From Actinomycetota bacterium (GTDB lineage Bacteria > Actinomycetota > CADDZG01 > WHSQ01), in assembly GCA_019348445.1 (NCBI GenBank), contig JAHWJK010000002.1, positions 1 through 31,377 of the forward strand: a DNA stretch of 31,377 nucleotides, written 5' to 3'. Positions within the stretch are counted from its first letter, which is position 1; each line of letters opens with the position of its first letter. The notes beneath the pieces are model-generated. The model worked only from the letters and a program-made list of their open reading frames with translations. It ran no database searches and was not told the origin of the DNA. The position numbers were made by a program, and so were the translations under genes. Shown here piece after piece: positions 15,465-23,366 of this stretch.

Positions 15465-16646
15465 CTAGCTCCCGGTGTTGCTTGGAAGGCGGTGGATCAG
15501 ATCTTTGAAATTCGTTCTGACGAAATCGGACAGCCGGATGTCTTGCGACACGTGAAGCTTCCTCCGGATGCGCGCTTTGTGACTGCGAACCGTGCCGCGC
15601 GTGATCCCGAGTCGGCGTGCGATCTCGTGCTCTGTGCGCCGGTGCGAGAGGTGGATCAGCACGTCCCACTCTCGATCGGTTAGCTCCTCCGACAGCGCGA
15701 TCGGGTTCAGACCGTGGCGCCGCGGGTCGTCGGCTCGCCACGAGCGGCCTCCGCCCGATTCCCGCGCTCGGAACAACGCGATCTCGGCACGAGCGATGAC
15801 GTCGTCGGTGCTCCGCCCGGTGTTGGCTTGTGCAACACCGACAGAAACAGAAGTTGCTTCACCGACGACTTCGACGTTCCGGATCTCTTCGCGGCATCGC
15901 TCTGCAGCGAGGTAAGCAGTGCCGACCTCGGTGTCTGGGAGGACGGCTGCGAACTCATCGGTGCTGTAGCGGAAGATCTCGTCCGACACGCGCAGCGTCG
16001 TGTGGAGCACATCGGCAACCTGCCGCATGAGCTCGTCGTGGACCGCGGGGCCGTGCTTGTCGACGACTTCCTGAGCGTTGTCGAGTGCGATCAGGAGTAC
16101 CGAGAACGGAGCCGAGCTCCGCGACGAACGTGAGACTTCCTGATCGAGGCGTTTCGTGAAGGCTTCGCGCCCGTGCAACCGGGTGACCGGGTCGGCGCCC
16201 GCCTGCAGCTTGATCTCCTCTTGACGCGCTTTCGTGCGTGCAGCTGCTCCGACGCGGGCAACCAGCTCGCGGGGATCGGCAGGTTTGCTGATCCAGTCGA
16301 CGGCGCCACGCTCGAGTCCTTTGACGCGGTCTTCCGTGCCCGTGAGGGCAGACAGGAAGATGACGGGGATGTCGGCCGTGCGGGGGTTCGCCGCGAGCTC
16401 GGTCAGGACCTCGGCCCCATCCATGCCCGGCATCATCATGTCGAGAAGGATCACGTCGGGGTGTCGCTCGACGGCCAGTCTGATGCATTCTTCACCGTCG
16501 GCCGCCTGGATCACGTCGTAGCCCTGCGGGGAGAGCTGCATGTCGGCGAGCATGCGAAGATCCGGGTCGTCGTCGGTAACGAGGACCAGCGGCCTGTCGG
16601 AATCGGCACCTCGCCGGGGATTCGTCTGATGCGTCACGTTTCTCAT
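15465..16646 (-). CDS. REC - degenerate GGDEF - LuxR-type HTH protein
   Basis: Intact receiver (TDDD, LLDMMMP, FLSA, SKP). GGDEF fold with RVSD..RYSTDEF and ARAEIALFRARESG. C-terminal LTDREWDVL..EIARRLGITRGTVRSHKARIRRKL. Confidence 0.9.
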   Translation of the reverse strand: MRNVTHQTNPRRGADSDRPLVLVTDDDPDLRMLADMQLSPQGYDVIQAADGEECIRLAVERHPDVILLDMMMPGMDGAEVLTELAANPRTADIPVIFLSALTGTEDRVKGLERGAVDWISKPADPRELVARVGAAARTKARQEEIKLQAGADPVTRLHGREAFTKRLDQEVSRSSRSSAPFSVLLIALDNAQEVVDKHGPAVHDELMRQVADVLHTTLRVSDEIFRYSTDEFAAVLPDTEVGTAYLAAERCREEIRNVEVVGEATSVSVGVAQANTGRSTDDVIARAEIALFRARESGGGRSWRADDPRRHGLNPIALSEELTDREWDVLIHLSHRRTEHEIARRLGITRGTVRSHKARIRRKLHVSQDIRLSDFVRTNFKDLIHRLPSNTGS

Positions 16647-16739
16647 TGATCCAGGTTGTCACCCGGCCCCCGCGTATGGAATGAACCGTTCGCGTCATTT
16701 CCTTGTAGTCACTAGTGTCTAGGTGCACGCGACCACCCT

Positions 16740-16745
16740 TACGAT
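16740..16745 (+). promoter_or_regulatory. -10 TACGAT, leaderless start of the DUF5319-like gene
   Basis: 7 nt before ATG 16753. Confidence 0.5.
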
Positions 16746-16752
16746 GGGCTCG

Positions 16753-17214
16753 ATGGACGAAGAAGACGTTCCAACGCCTGAGGGCGACCAGCCACTAGAC
16801 GCCGACGAGCGCGAGGCCCTTCAACAGGATCTTGTCGACGTCCAGGTTCTCAAGGAGATCCTGGGAAACAAGGGCATCCGAGGCGTCGTCTTCTATTGCC
16901 CCGATTGCGACGAGGATCATTTCCTCGCGTGGGATCTGCTCGCGGGGAACCTTCAAGAACTACTCGCCGCGGGTGAGTCTCCCGTCCACGAGCCTGCCTT
17001 CAACCCCGATCCGAACGATTACGTGTCGTGGGATTACGCCCGTGGTTTCCTCGATGGCTACGAGTCGTTCGAGCAAGAGGAGCTGGGCGACTCCGTCTTG
17101 AAGCTCGTACTCGAGTTGAAGACGCGCGGCTGGCGCCCCGACGAGGTGAAAGCGCTACTCGCGAAGGTCAATCTGCAGATCCCTCCGCTCGACGAACCTG
17201 CTCCACCCAGCTGA
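16753..17214 (+). CDS. DUF5319-like actinobacterial protein (CxxC..H metal site)
   Basis: DLVDVQVLKEIL..GIRGVVFYCPDCDEDH..WDLLAGNL..HEPAFNPDPNDYVSWDYARG matches the family as I recall it. ATG 16744 is an alternative start. Confidence 0.8.
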   Translation: MDEEDVPTPEGDQPLDADEREALQQDLVDVQVLKEILGNKGIRGVVFYCPDCDEDHFLAWDLLAGNLQELLAAGESPVHEPAFNPDPNDYVSWDYARGFLDGYESFEQEELGDSVLKLVLELKTRGWRPDEVKALLAKVNLQIPPLDEPAPPS

Positions 17215-17217
17215 CCG

Positions 17218-18003
17218 ATGCCGCGAACCATCGCCTTCGCTAATCAAAAAGGCGGCGTGGCGAAGACGACGACTACGCTCGCCATCTCCGCCGCGTTGGC
17301 CGAACGAGGTCGTCGGGTGCTGACGGTCGACATGGATCCGCAAGGAGCGCTCACGTATTCGACCGGGATCGATCCGGACGCATTGGACGAGACGGTCAAC
17401 GACGTCCTGGTGAGACGGCTGCCGGTCGAGAAGGTCGTCGTGACGCGTGAGGTGGACGTCGTGCCGGCGAACATCGATCTAGCGGGGGCCGAGGCGATCC
17501 TGCTCGCGAAGACGGGGCGTGAGTATGCGTTGCAGCGGGCGTTGCGAGACGTCGGAGACACCTACGACTTCGTGTTGATCGATTGTCCGCCGTCTCTCGG
17601 GATCCTGACGATCAATGCCCTCACCGCGGCGCAAGAGGTCGTCATCCCTCTCCAGTGCGAGGCGCTTTCGCACCGAGGGGTCGGTCAGTTGATCGAGACG
17701 CTCGCGGACATCAGGCATTTCACGAATCCCGACCTCGAGATCTTCGGTCTCATCCCGACGATGTACGACGGCCGGTCGCTGCATGCACGCGAGGTTCTGA
17801 ACGATGTCGGCCGGCGCTATGGAGTCACGGTTCTGGAGCCACCGGTGAAGAAGTCCATACGCCTGGCCGAGGCGGCGCAAGCTGGCTTGTCGATCCTCGC
17901 TTATGCGCCGGGACACGCCGCCGCCGACGCCTACCGGGAGCACGCACGTCAGCTCGACGATCGGCGCGTCGATGTGAAGCTCCAGCCGGAAGGGGTCTCG
18001 TGA
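17218..18003 (+). CDS. orphan ParA/Soj family ATPase (Rv3213c-like)
   Basis: Deviant Walker A NQKGGVAKTT, DMDPQG, PANIDLAGAE, IDCPPSLG, PLQCE. No parB adjacent. Confidence 0.95.
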   Translation: MPRTIAFANQKGGVAKTTTTLAISAALAERGRRVLTVDMDPQGALTYSTGIDPDALDETVNDVLVRRLPVEKVVVTREVDVVPANIDLAGAEAILLAKTGREYALQRALRDVGDTYDFVLIDCPPSLGILTINALTAAQEVVIPLQCEALSHRGVGQLIETLADIRHFTNPDLEIFGLIPTMYDGRSLHAREVLNDVGRRYGVTVLEPPVKKSIRLAEAAQAGLSILAYAPGHAAADAYREHARQLDDRRVDVKLQPEGVS

Positions 18004-18239
18004 CCGAGCAAGACGTTCCGAGCAAACACGCTCTCTACACCGCATCCGAGCGGCGGCCGCGGACGTGCACGATCGAGTGCTCGTCGTGTCGCGAAGAAAC
18101 GAGGGTGTCCTACCTGGAACTCGCCGCGCTTCTGTTCCCGGTTCACTTCCACGTTCCGCTGCTCCGATATCACCACTCGTGGATGCGCTGTCCGGCGTGC
18201 GGTCGGCGGACGTGGGTACGGATCCATTTCGATCGATGA
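18000..18239 (+). CDS. 79-aa Zn-ribbon protein (CSSC...CPAC)
   Basis: GTG overlaps the ParA TGA (GTGA). Two CxxC pairs and a His-rich segment. It is the C-terminal part of ORF-track 17583..18239. Confidence 0.75.
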   Translation: MTEQDVPSKHALYTASERRPRTCTIECSSCREETRVSYLELAALLFPVHFHVPLLRYHHSWMRCPACGRRTWVRIHFDR

Positions 18240-18250
18240 TCGTTACCGAC

Positions 18251-18256
18251 TAGTCT
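18251..18256 (+). promoter_or_regulatory. -10 TAGTCT upstream of the Lys/Ala-rich gene
   Basis: TANNNT about 30 nt before ATG 18288, with SD-like AGGGGG in between. Confidence 0.4.
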
Positions 18257-18287
18257 TGCTCGCTCCGGTGAGATAGGGGGTTCTGAC

Positions 18288-18782
18288 ATGGCCACTCGTA
18301 AACAGAAGAAGCAGGTCAAAGTAGCGAAGAAGCAGATCGGCAAAGCCGCGGACAGCCTCACGAAGGTCGGCAAGAAGGCGGTCCGGACCGCGGGCAAGAC
18401 GGCGCGGGAAGTTGCGAAGACGCGCGACGCGAAGAGCGCCAAGAAGCAGGCGAAGGTAGCGCAGAAGGCAGTAGGAGCGGCCGCCGGAGCGGGGGTCGAG
18501 CTGGTAAAGACCGCCGTAGACGCGGCGACGAAATCCGCCAAGGGACTGTCGAAGTCGAAAGAGGTCAAGAAGGCGCGTAAGAACGTGTCGAAAGCCGCGG
18601 GGGCGAGTCGAAGTGCAGCCAAGACGACCGCCAAGACCGCGCGCAAGTCTTCGTCACAGGCCGTGAAGGAAGCGCGCGCTCGCAGCGCGGCAGCTGCTAA
18701 GAAGTCGAAGAAGGCTGCGAAGTCGACCGCAAAGAAGACGTCCGCCTCAGCGGCGAAGGCTCGCAAGAAAGTAGCGGGCTAG
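18288..18782 (+). CDS. Lys/Ala-rich, highly basic histone-H1-like protein
   Basis: Hand count of about 40 Lys, 10 Arg and 7 acidic residues in 164 aa. No aromatic residues or Pro. AAG-dominated codon usage. Confidence 0.85.
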   Translation: MATRKQKKQVKVAKKQIGKAADSLTKVGKKAVRTAGKTAREVAKTRDAKSAKKQAKVAQKAVGAAAGAGVELVKTAVDAATKSAKGLSKSKEVKKARKNVSKAAGASRSAAKTTAKTARKSSSQAVKEARARSAAAAKKSKKAAKSTAKKTSASAAKARKKVAG

Positions 18783-18856
18783 TCCGAAGTAACCGGTTCG
18801 TCCGCCGAGTCCGGGATTGCCTCATATAAGGGCTCAAAAAGGCCGATGATTAAGTC

Positions 18857-19792
18857 ATGACGACGAGGGGGCCGCGGCCCCAGCCTTCCCGCGCACAGTG
18901 GTTGCGTCGGCTCGCATACCGACGCAAGGACAGCGTCGCGTTCGTGTTCTCCGGTGGGGGCCCGCTAGGCGCGCTTCAGGTGGGGACGCTCAAGGCTCTC
19001 TACGAGCACGACATCCGGCCGGACCTCGCGGTCGGGACGTCTGTCGGTGCGCTCAACGCAACGTGGACGGCTTTCGATCCGACGCCGGACGGCGTGGCGA
19101 GGCTCGAAAGCACCTGGTTGCGGATGAAGGATTCGGACCTCTTCCCGGGCGGCGGCCGTTTCAAGGCATCGTGGGCTCGCATGCTCGTACGCGGCAACCG
19201 CATCCACGAGAACATCGGGATCAGACGCGTGATCGAGACGTCGCTCGGGCTGCCGCGTTTCGAAGATGCGCAGATCCCTCTAGCGGTCACGGCGACGGAC
19301 CTCGAGACCGGAGCCGAACGGATCTTCAGCTCGGGAGACATCATCGATCCGTTGCTCGCGTCGACCGCGATGCCCGGGATCTTTCCCCCGGTCCCGATAG
19401 GGGGTCGTAACTACATCGACGGAGGGGTCGCGAACAACGTCCCGATAGCACCGGCGGTCGAGATGGGAGCGACGACCGTCTACGTGATGGATGCGACGTC
19501 GCACTCGCGTCAGAGGAGACCGCTCAACCGCCCGGTCGACTACCTCCTTCACGCGTTCACGCTTGCGAGGGGGCAACGGTTCACCCTCGAAGCGCGGCAC
19601 TACGAGGAAAAGGTCAAGCTGGTCGTTCTCCCGTCGCCATGGCTCGACTTCTTCGTACCGTTCGCATCGCTCGAGTACACATCGAGGCTGATCGAGATGG
19701 CATACAAGGAAACGAAGCGGTTCCTCGAGTCCGGCAGCCTCGATCAACCGTTGCCGCCCGAGGTATCTGCGTCGGTCACTCCACTCAGCTAA
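18857..19792 (+). CDS. patatin-like phospholipase
   Basis: FSGGGPLG oxyanion loop, GTSVG nucleophile, DGG catalytic Asp. Confidence 0.95.
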   Translation: MTTRGPRPQPSRAQWLRRLAYRRKDSVAFVFSGGGPLGALQVGTLKALYEHDIRPDLAVGTSVGALNATWTAFDPTPDGVARLESTWLRMKDSDLFPGGGRFKASWARMLVRGNRIHENIGIRRVIETSLGLPRFEDAQIPLAVTATDLETGAERIFSSGDIIDPLLASTAMPGIFPPVPIGGRNYIDGGVANNVPIAPAVEMGATTVYVMDATSHSRQRRPLNRPVDYLLHAFTLARGQRFTLEARHYEEKVKLVVLPSPWLDFFVPFASLEYTSRLIEMAYKETKRFLESGSLDQPLPPEVSASVTPLS

Positions 19793-19805
19793 GCGGCGCC
19801 GCGTT

Positions 19806-21125
19806 ATGGTCTGTCCCGTGGCGGACCAACCCGGGACACGATCGCGAGAAGACATCGGCGCACCTCCGCCGAGACCGGAACCGACCGATGACATGACGCC
19901 GTTCGAGGCGGCAACGTTCTTCTTCCACAAGGCCGCCGACCGCCTGCGGTTGAACGATCATCGTCGAGAGATCCTCGCATCCAGCTACCGCGAGCTCGCG
20001 GTCCAGGTCCCGGTCCGGATGGACGATGGATCGATCCAGGTGTTCCGCGGCTATCGCATCCAGCACAACGGGGCGCGGGGCCCGTACAAGGGCGGCATCA
20101 GGTACCACCCGTCGGCTGACCTCGATGAGGTCCGCGCCCTCGCGGCGCTGATGACGTGGAAGAACGCATTGATCGACGTGCCGTTCGGAGGCGCCAAAGG
20201 TGGTGTCCAGTGTGACCCCCGGCGCATGTCGTCTGGAGAAAACCAGCGTTTGTCGCGTCGGTTCACGGCGATGATCAGCTACGTCATCGGCGTCAACCGC
20301 GACATCCCCGCCCCCGACATGGGAACGAACGCGCAGACGATGGCGTGGATGATGGACGCCTACGGCCAGAAGTATGGCTATACGCCCGGCATCGTGACCG
20401 GGAAACCGGTCGAGCTCGGAGGTTCGCCGGGGCGCGAGGAAGCCACCGGTCGCGGTGTCGTCATCTGCACGCAAGAGGCGACGAAGCGACTCGGGACGGA
20501 TTTCGCCGGTGCGCGCATCGCGATCCAGGGGTTCGGAAACGTTGGGTACTGGGCGACCCAGCTGGCAGCACAAGCAGGTGCCTCCGTGGTTGCCGTCTCC
20601 GATGTGGGCGGCGGCACTTACAACTCCGGCGGTCTGGATCTGGAAGCCCTGTCCCGCCATCGTCTCGAGTCCGAGACTGTGGCCGAGTTCGCCGGCGGTG
20701 AGAAGCTCACGAACGAGGATCTCCTCGAACTCGACTGCGACATCCTTATCCCGGCTGCGATCCAGGACGTGATCACCTCTAGGAACGCCGATCGCATCAA
20801 GGCAAAGATCGTCGTCGAAGCGGCAAACGGGCCGGTTAATCCAGTCGCCGATCAGATACTCAACGATCGGAACATCGTCGTCGTGCCGGACATCCTGGCG
20901 AACGCGGGCGGCGTCACCGTCTCGTATTTCGAATGGGTGCAGAACATCCAGCAGTTCCAATGGGAGCTCCAACAGGTCAACGACGAACTGCACAAACGGA
21001 TGGTCGCGGCAACCGACGCGGTGTTCGATCGCTCCGAGAGCGAGAAGACGACGCTTCGTGAGGCGGCGTTCGATATCGCAGTCGACCGCGTGGCCCACGC
21101 CGCCGAGATCCGCGGCTACGTCTGA
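19806..21125 (+). CDS. gdhA: glutamate dehydrogenase (Glu/Leu/Phe/Val dehydrogenase family)
   Basis: PYKGGIRYHP, TWKNA, FGGAKGG, PAPDMGT, TGKP..GGS.GR.EATG, QGFGNVG, EAANGP, NAGGVTVSYFEWVQN. Confidence 0.96.
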   Translation: MVCPVADQPGTRSREDIGAPPPRPEPTDDMTPFEAATFFFHKAADRLRLNDHRREILASSYRELAVQVPVRMDDGSIQVFRGYRIQHNGARGPYKGGIRYHPSADLDEVRALAALMTWKNALIDVPFGGAKGGVQCDPRRMSSGENQRLSRRFTAMISYVIGVNRDIPAPDMGTNAQTMAWMMDAYGQKYGYTPGIVTGKPVELGGSPGREEATGRGVVICTQEATKRLGTDFAGARIAIQGFGNVGYWATQLAAQAGASVVAVSDVGGGTYNSGGLDLEALSRHRLESETVAEFAGGEKLTNEDLLELDCDILIPAAIQDVITSRNADRIKAKIVVEAANGPVNPVADQILNDRNIVVVPDILANAGGVTVSYFEWVQNIQQFQWELQQVNDELHKRMVAATDAVFDRSESEKTTLREAAFDIAVDRVAHAAEIRGYV

Positions 21126-21298
21126 CACACGACTCCGCGCGCTCATTTTTTTTTCTTCTCAAATTCGGACATAGCACCCCACTCCCGACGTTCCGCGGCT
21201 GAATTTGCACCGTCTCGGCGCAGGGGAGAGACACCGCTCGCCGAATCCTGACCTCAGCAGGCGTTACGAAACTTCGAGACAGGGAACGAGTGAACGAG

Positions 21299-21484
21299 AT
21301 GGAAAAGTCGAGGAACTGCCCGTTCATGTCAGGGCCGAAGGACCCGCAGGTCCGGGTGGCCCCGGTGCAGTGGTGGCTTGCGATCTCTCGTGACGTCTTC
21401 GTAAACGACTTCCGGCGCCAGGTGCGCAGCCGTCCCCCAGTCGCCTGCCGGCGCACCCCGAGTTTCAGCCTGCGCATCCGCTAA
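21299..21484 (+). CDS. 61-aa small ORF of unknown function
   Basis: 52 of 61 codons end in G/C (hand count) and it fills an otherwise empty gap. GTG 21290 is an alternative start. No family recognised. Confidence 0.55.
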   Translation: MEKSRNCPFMSGPKDPQVRVAPVQWWLAISRDVFVNDFRRQVRSRPPVACRRTPSFSLRIR

Positions 21485-21513
21485 CTCGCACTCGCCCCTG
21501 GTACGGCAACCCC

Positions 21514-21519
21514 TAGACT
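21514..21519 (+). promoter_or_regulatory. -10 TAGACT upstream of dodecin
   Basis: TANNNT, then SD AAAGGGG (21542-21548) and ATG 21556. Confidence 0.45.
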
Positions 21520-21555
21520 CGCCGCGACCCGGCGTTTACCGAAAGGGGTGCACGA

Positions 21556-21765
21556 ATGGGCGTCGAGAAGTCGATCGACCTCACGGCGACCGGCCCGTCG
21601 ATCGAGGAAGCAGTAGCTGAGGCCGTCCACCGAGCGAGCCTTACTTTGAAAGGGCTGACGACTTTCGAGGTCGAGCGTATCGACGGCTTGATAGACGGTG
21701 GCGAGGTCACGTACCGGGTCTTGGTCCGCGTGTCGTTCCAGATCAAAGAGCAAGTCCACGAATAA
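21556..21765 (+). CDS. dodecin family flavin-binding protein
   Basis: 69 aa; SIEEAVAEAV.RASLTLKGL..FEV..I.G.I..GEV.YRVLVRVSF fits the dodecin pattern. Confidence 0.85.
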   Translation: MGVEKSIDLTATGPSIEEAVAEAVHRASLTLKGLTTFEVERIDGLIDGGEVTYRVLVRVSFQIKEQVHE

Positions 21766-21781
21766 ACGGGCCCGCGACTAG

Positions 21782-22810
21782 ATGCGTCTCGAACACCGAC
21801 GCCGGGAGCCGGCGCCGGGCGTGTTCCGCCTCGTCCTTCCGTTGCCGTTTCCCGGGCTCGATCGCGTCAACGCGTACTTGTTGGCCGGAGGTATCGACAC
21901 CACGCTCGTCGACTGCGGCATCTATTACCCGGACGAAGAAGACGATCACGGTTGGGCCGACGTAGAAGCCGCGATCGGCGCGTGCGGAATGGCGGTGACC
22001 GACATCAAGCGGCTGATCGTCACGCACTCGCACATCGATCATTACGGGATGGCCGCCACCTTCGTCGAGCGCGCGGGATGCGACCTCTGGATGCACGACG
22101 CCGTCGACGATGACCTTGCCGCCTACCGGGATCCGGAAGGGACCCGCAGCCGTCTGCGAGAGTTGTTCCGCGAACACGGCGTGGAGCCGGAAGAGGTGGA
22201 CGAACTCGTCAGATTCGAGGACTGGCGCGGGTTCGTCTCCGGGCTGGTGGAGCCGGACGTGAAGGTAAGCGGCTCGGAGGAGGTCGAGATCGGCCCCCGC
22301 ACGTGGCAGTTCGTCTACACGCCCGGACACTCGCGCTCGCACATCTGCCTGGCGTCGTTGGGTGATGGTCTGCTCATCTCAGGCGACCACCTGCTCCCGA
22401 CGATCACGCCGCACATCGACTATCGCAGGGGAGCCGAAGACGACCCACTCGGAGATTTCCTGAAGTCTCTGGACGTCGTCGAGAAGCTCGATCCTCGGCT
22501 GGTTCTTCCCGGACATGGACGTCCGTTCGAAGAGGGGGCCGAGCGCGCTCGCATCGTCGCTCGTCACCACGACCGTCGCCTGGGAGCGATCCTGCAGATC
22601 GTTCGACACGAACCGCACACGGCGGACGAGATCACCGACCAGATCTTTGGCACGACGCTTCTGAACTTCGAACGTCGCCTCGCGCTGGGTGAAGCTCTCG
22701 CACATATCCGTTATCTCGCCCGACGCGGCGAGATCGTTCGCACACAGAGAGACGATGGGACGTTCGTCTATCAGAAGGCATCGCGACGGCGGCGCGACGA
22801 AGACGACTAG
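21782..22810 (+). CDS. MBL-fold metallo-hydrolase with C-terminal winged-helix
   Basis: LVDCG, THSHIDHYG, TPGHSRSH, SGDH, LPGHG; C-terminal GEALAHIRYL. Confidence 0.93.
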   Translation: MRLEHRRREPAPGVFRLVLPLPFPGLDRVNAYLLAGGIDTTLVDCGIYYPDEEDDHGWADVEAAIGACGMAVTDIKRLIVTHSHIDHYGMAATFVERAGCDLWMHDAVDDDLAAYRDPEGTRSRLRELFREHGVEPEEVDELVRFEDWRGFVSGLVEPDVKVSGSEEVEIGPRTWQFVYTPGHSRSHICLASLGDGLLISGDHLLPTITPHIDYRRGAEDDPLGDFLKSLDVVEKLDPRLVLPGHGRPFEEGAERARIVARHHDRRLGAILQIVRHEPHTADEITDQIFGTTLLNFERRLALGEALAHIRYLARRGEIVRTQRDDGTFVYQKASRRRRDEDD

Positions 22811-23265
22811 TCCGAGCCCTTCTCCTCGAGCATCATGTTCGTCACGCGGCCCCCGGCCAACAGCTTGCCGTCACCGTCGAACAACTCACCGACGGCGAAT
22901 GCGACCCTGCGGGTCTTGTGAACGACCCGACCCTTCGCTCTGAGAAGCCCAGGTCGAGCCGGACGATAGAACTCGGTGTGCAGGTTCGCAGTCAGGAAGA
23001 CCTCGCCGCGATCGAGCAGTGTCCACGTCGACTGACCCATCGCGGTGTCCAGAAGCGCCGTCACCATGCCGCCGTGCACGATCCATCCATCGTCGCCTGT
23101 TGGGAACGCATGATCTGTCGTCGTATCCCATTCGAGACTGGCGTAGCCGGGGCCTAGGTCGACGAGGCGCCACCCGAGGAACGCCCAGATCCCCCCACGA
23201 GGAGCCCTCGTGTCGCCCTTTTCCTGCATCTCCAGGAAGCGCTCGCCGGCGCGGAAGTCGGTCAT
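22807..23265 (-). CDS. PaaI family hotdog thioesterase
   Basis: IVHGGMVTALLDTAMG, T.NL.TEFYRP, GRVVHKTRRVAF. Start re-placed at ATG 23265. Confidence 0.9.
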   Translation of the reverse strand: MTDFRAGERFLEMQEKGDTRAPRGGIWAFLGWRLVDLGPGYASLEWDTTTDHAFPTGDDGWIVHGGMVTALLDTAMGQSTWTLLDRGEVFLTANLHTEFYRPARPGLLRAKGRVVHKTRRVAFAVGELFDGDGKLLAGGRVTNMMLEEKGSD

Positions 23266-23366
23266 GACCGGCGCAAGATAGCAGTGGCGCGGGCTCGCCT
23301 CGTGCAGGAGGCAAGAACGAGCAGAGCGAACTCTTGGATGAAGATCCTGCCGGGAGGAGGACCCCC

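Noticed and set aside
17218-18003. ParA as a sign of a plasmid, prophage or the oriC region
   Set aside because: No parB, rep, integrase, dnaA or gid genes. Flanking genes are chromosomal and the sequence fits the orphan actinobacterial ParA type.
18288-18782. HupB/HU or Lsr2 assignment for the basic protein
   Set aside because: No HU/IHF fold motif, no PAKK repeats and no Lsr2 RGR motif.
18791-18798. AACCGGTT palindrome, and GAACCGTTC at about 16683-16691, as extra copies of the 314-341 operator
   Set aside because: Too short and lacking the TTGAC-N6-GTCAA geometry; expected by chance.
19785-21146. 453-aa ORF antisense to glutamate dehydrogenase
   Set aside because: Mirror-frame artefact of GC3 bias; no SD and no recognisable domain.
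21506-21551. GCAACCCCT...AGGGGTGC pairing that mimics the SAM-I/IV riboswitch P3 helix and would hide the dodecin SD
   Set aside because: No AUC(A/C)AGAG junction, P1, P2 or P4 is present. The putative -10 (TAGACT 21514-21519) lies inside the 5' arm, so that arm would not be transcribed.
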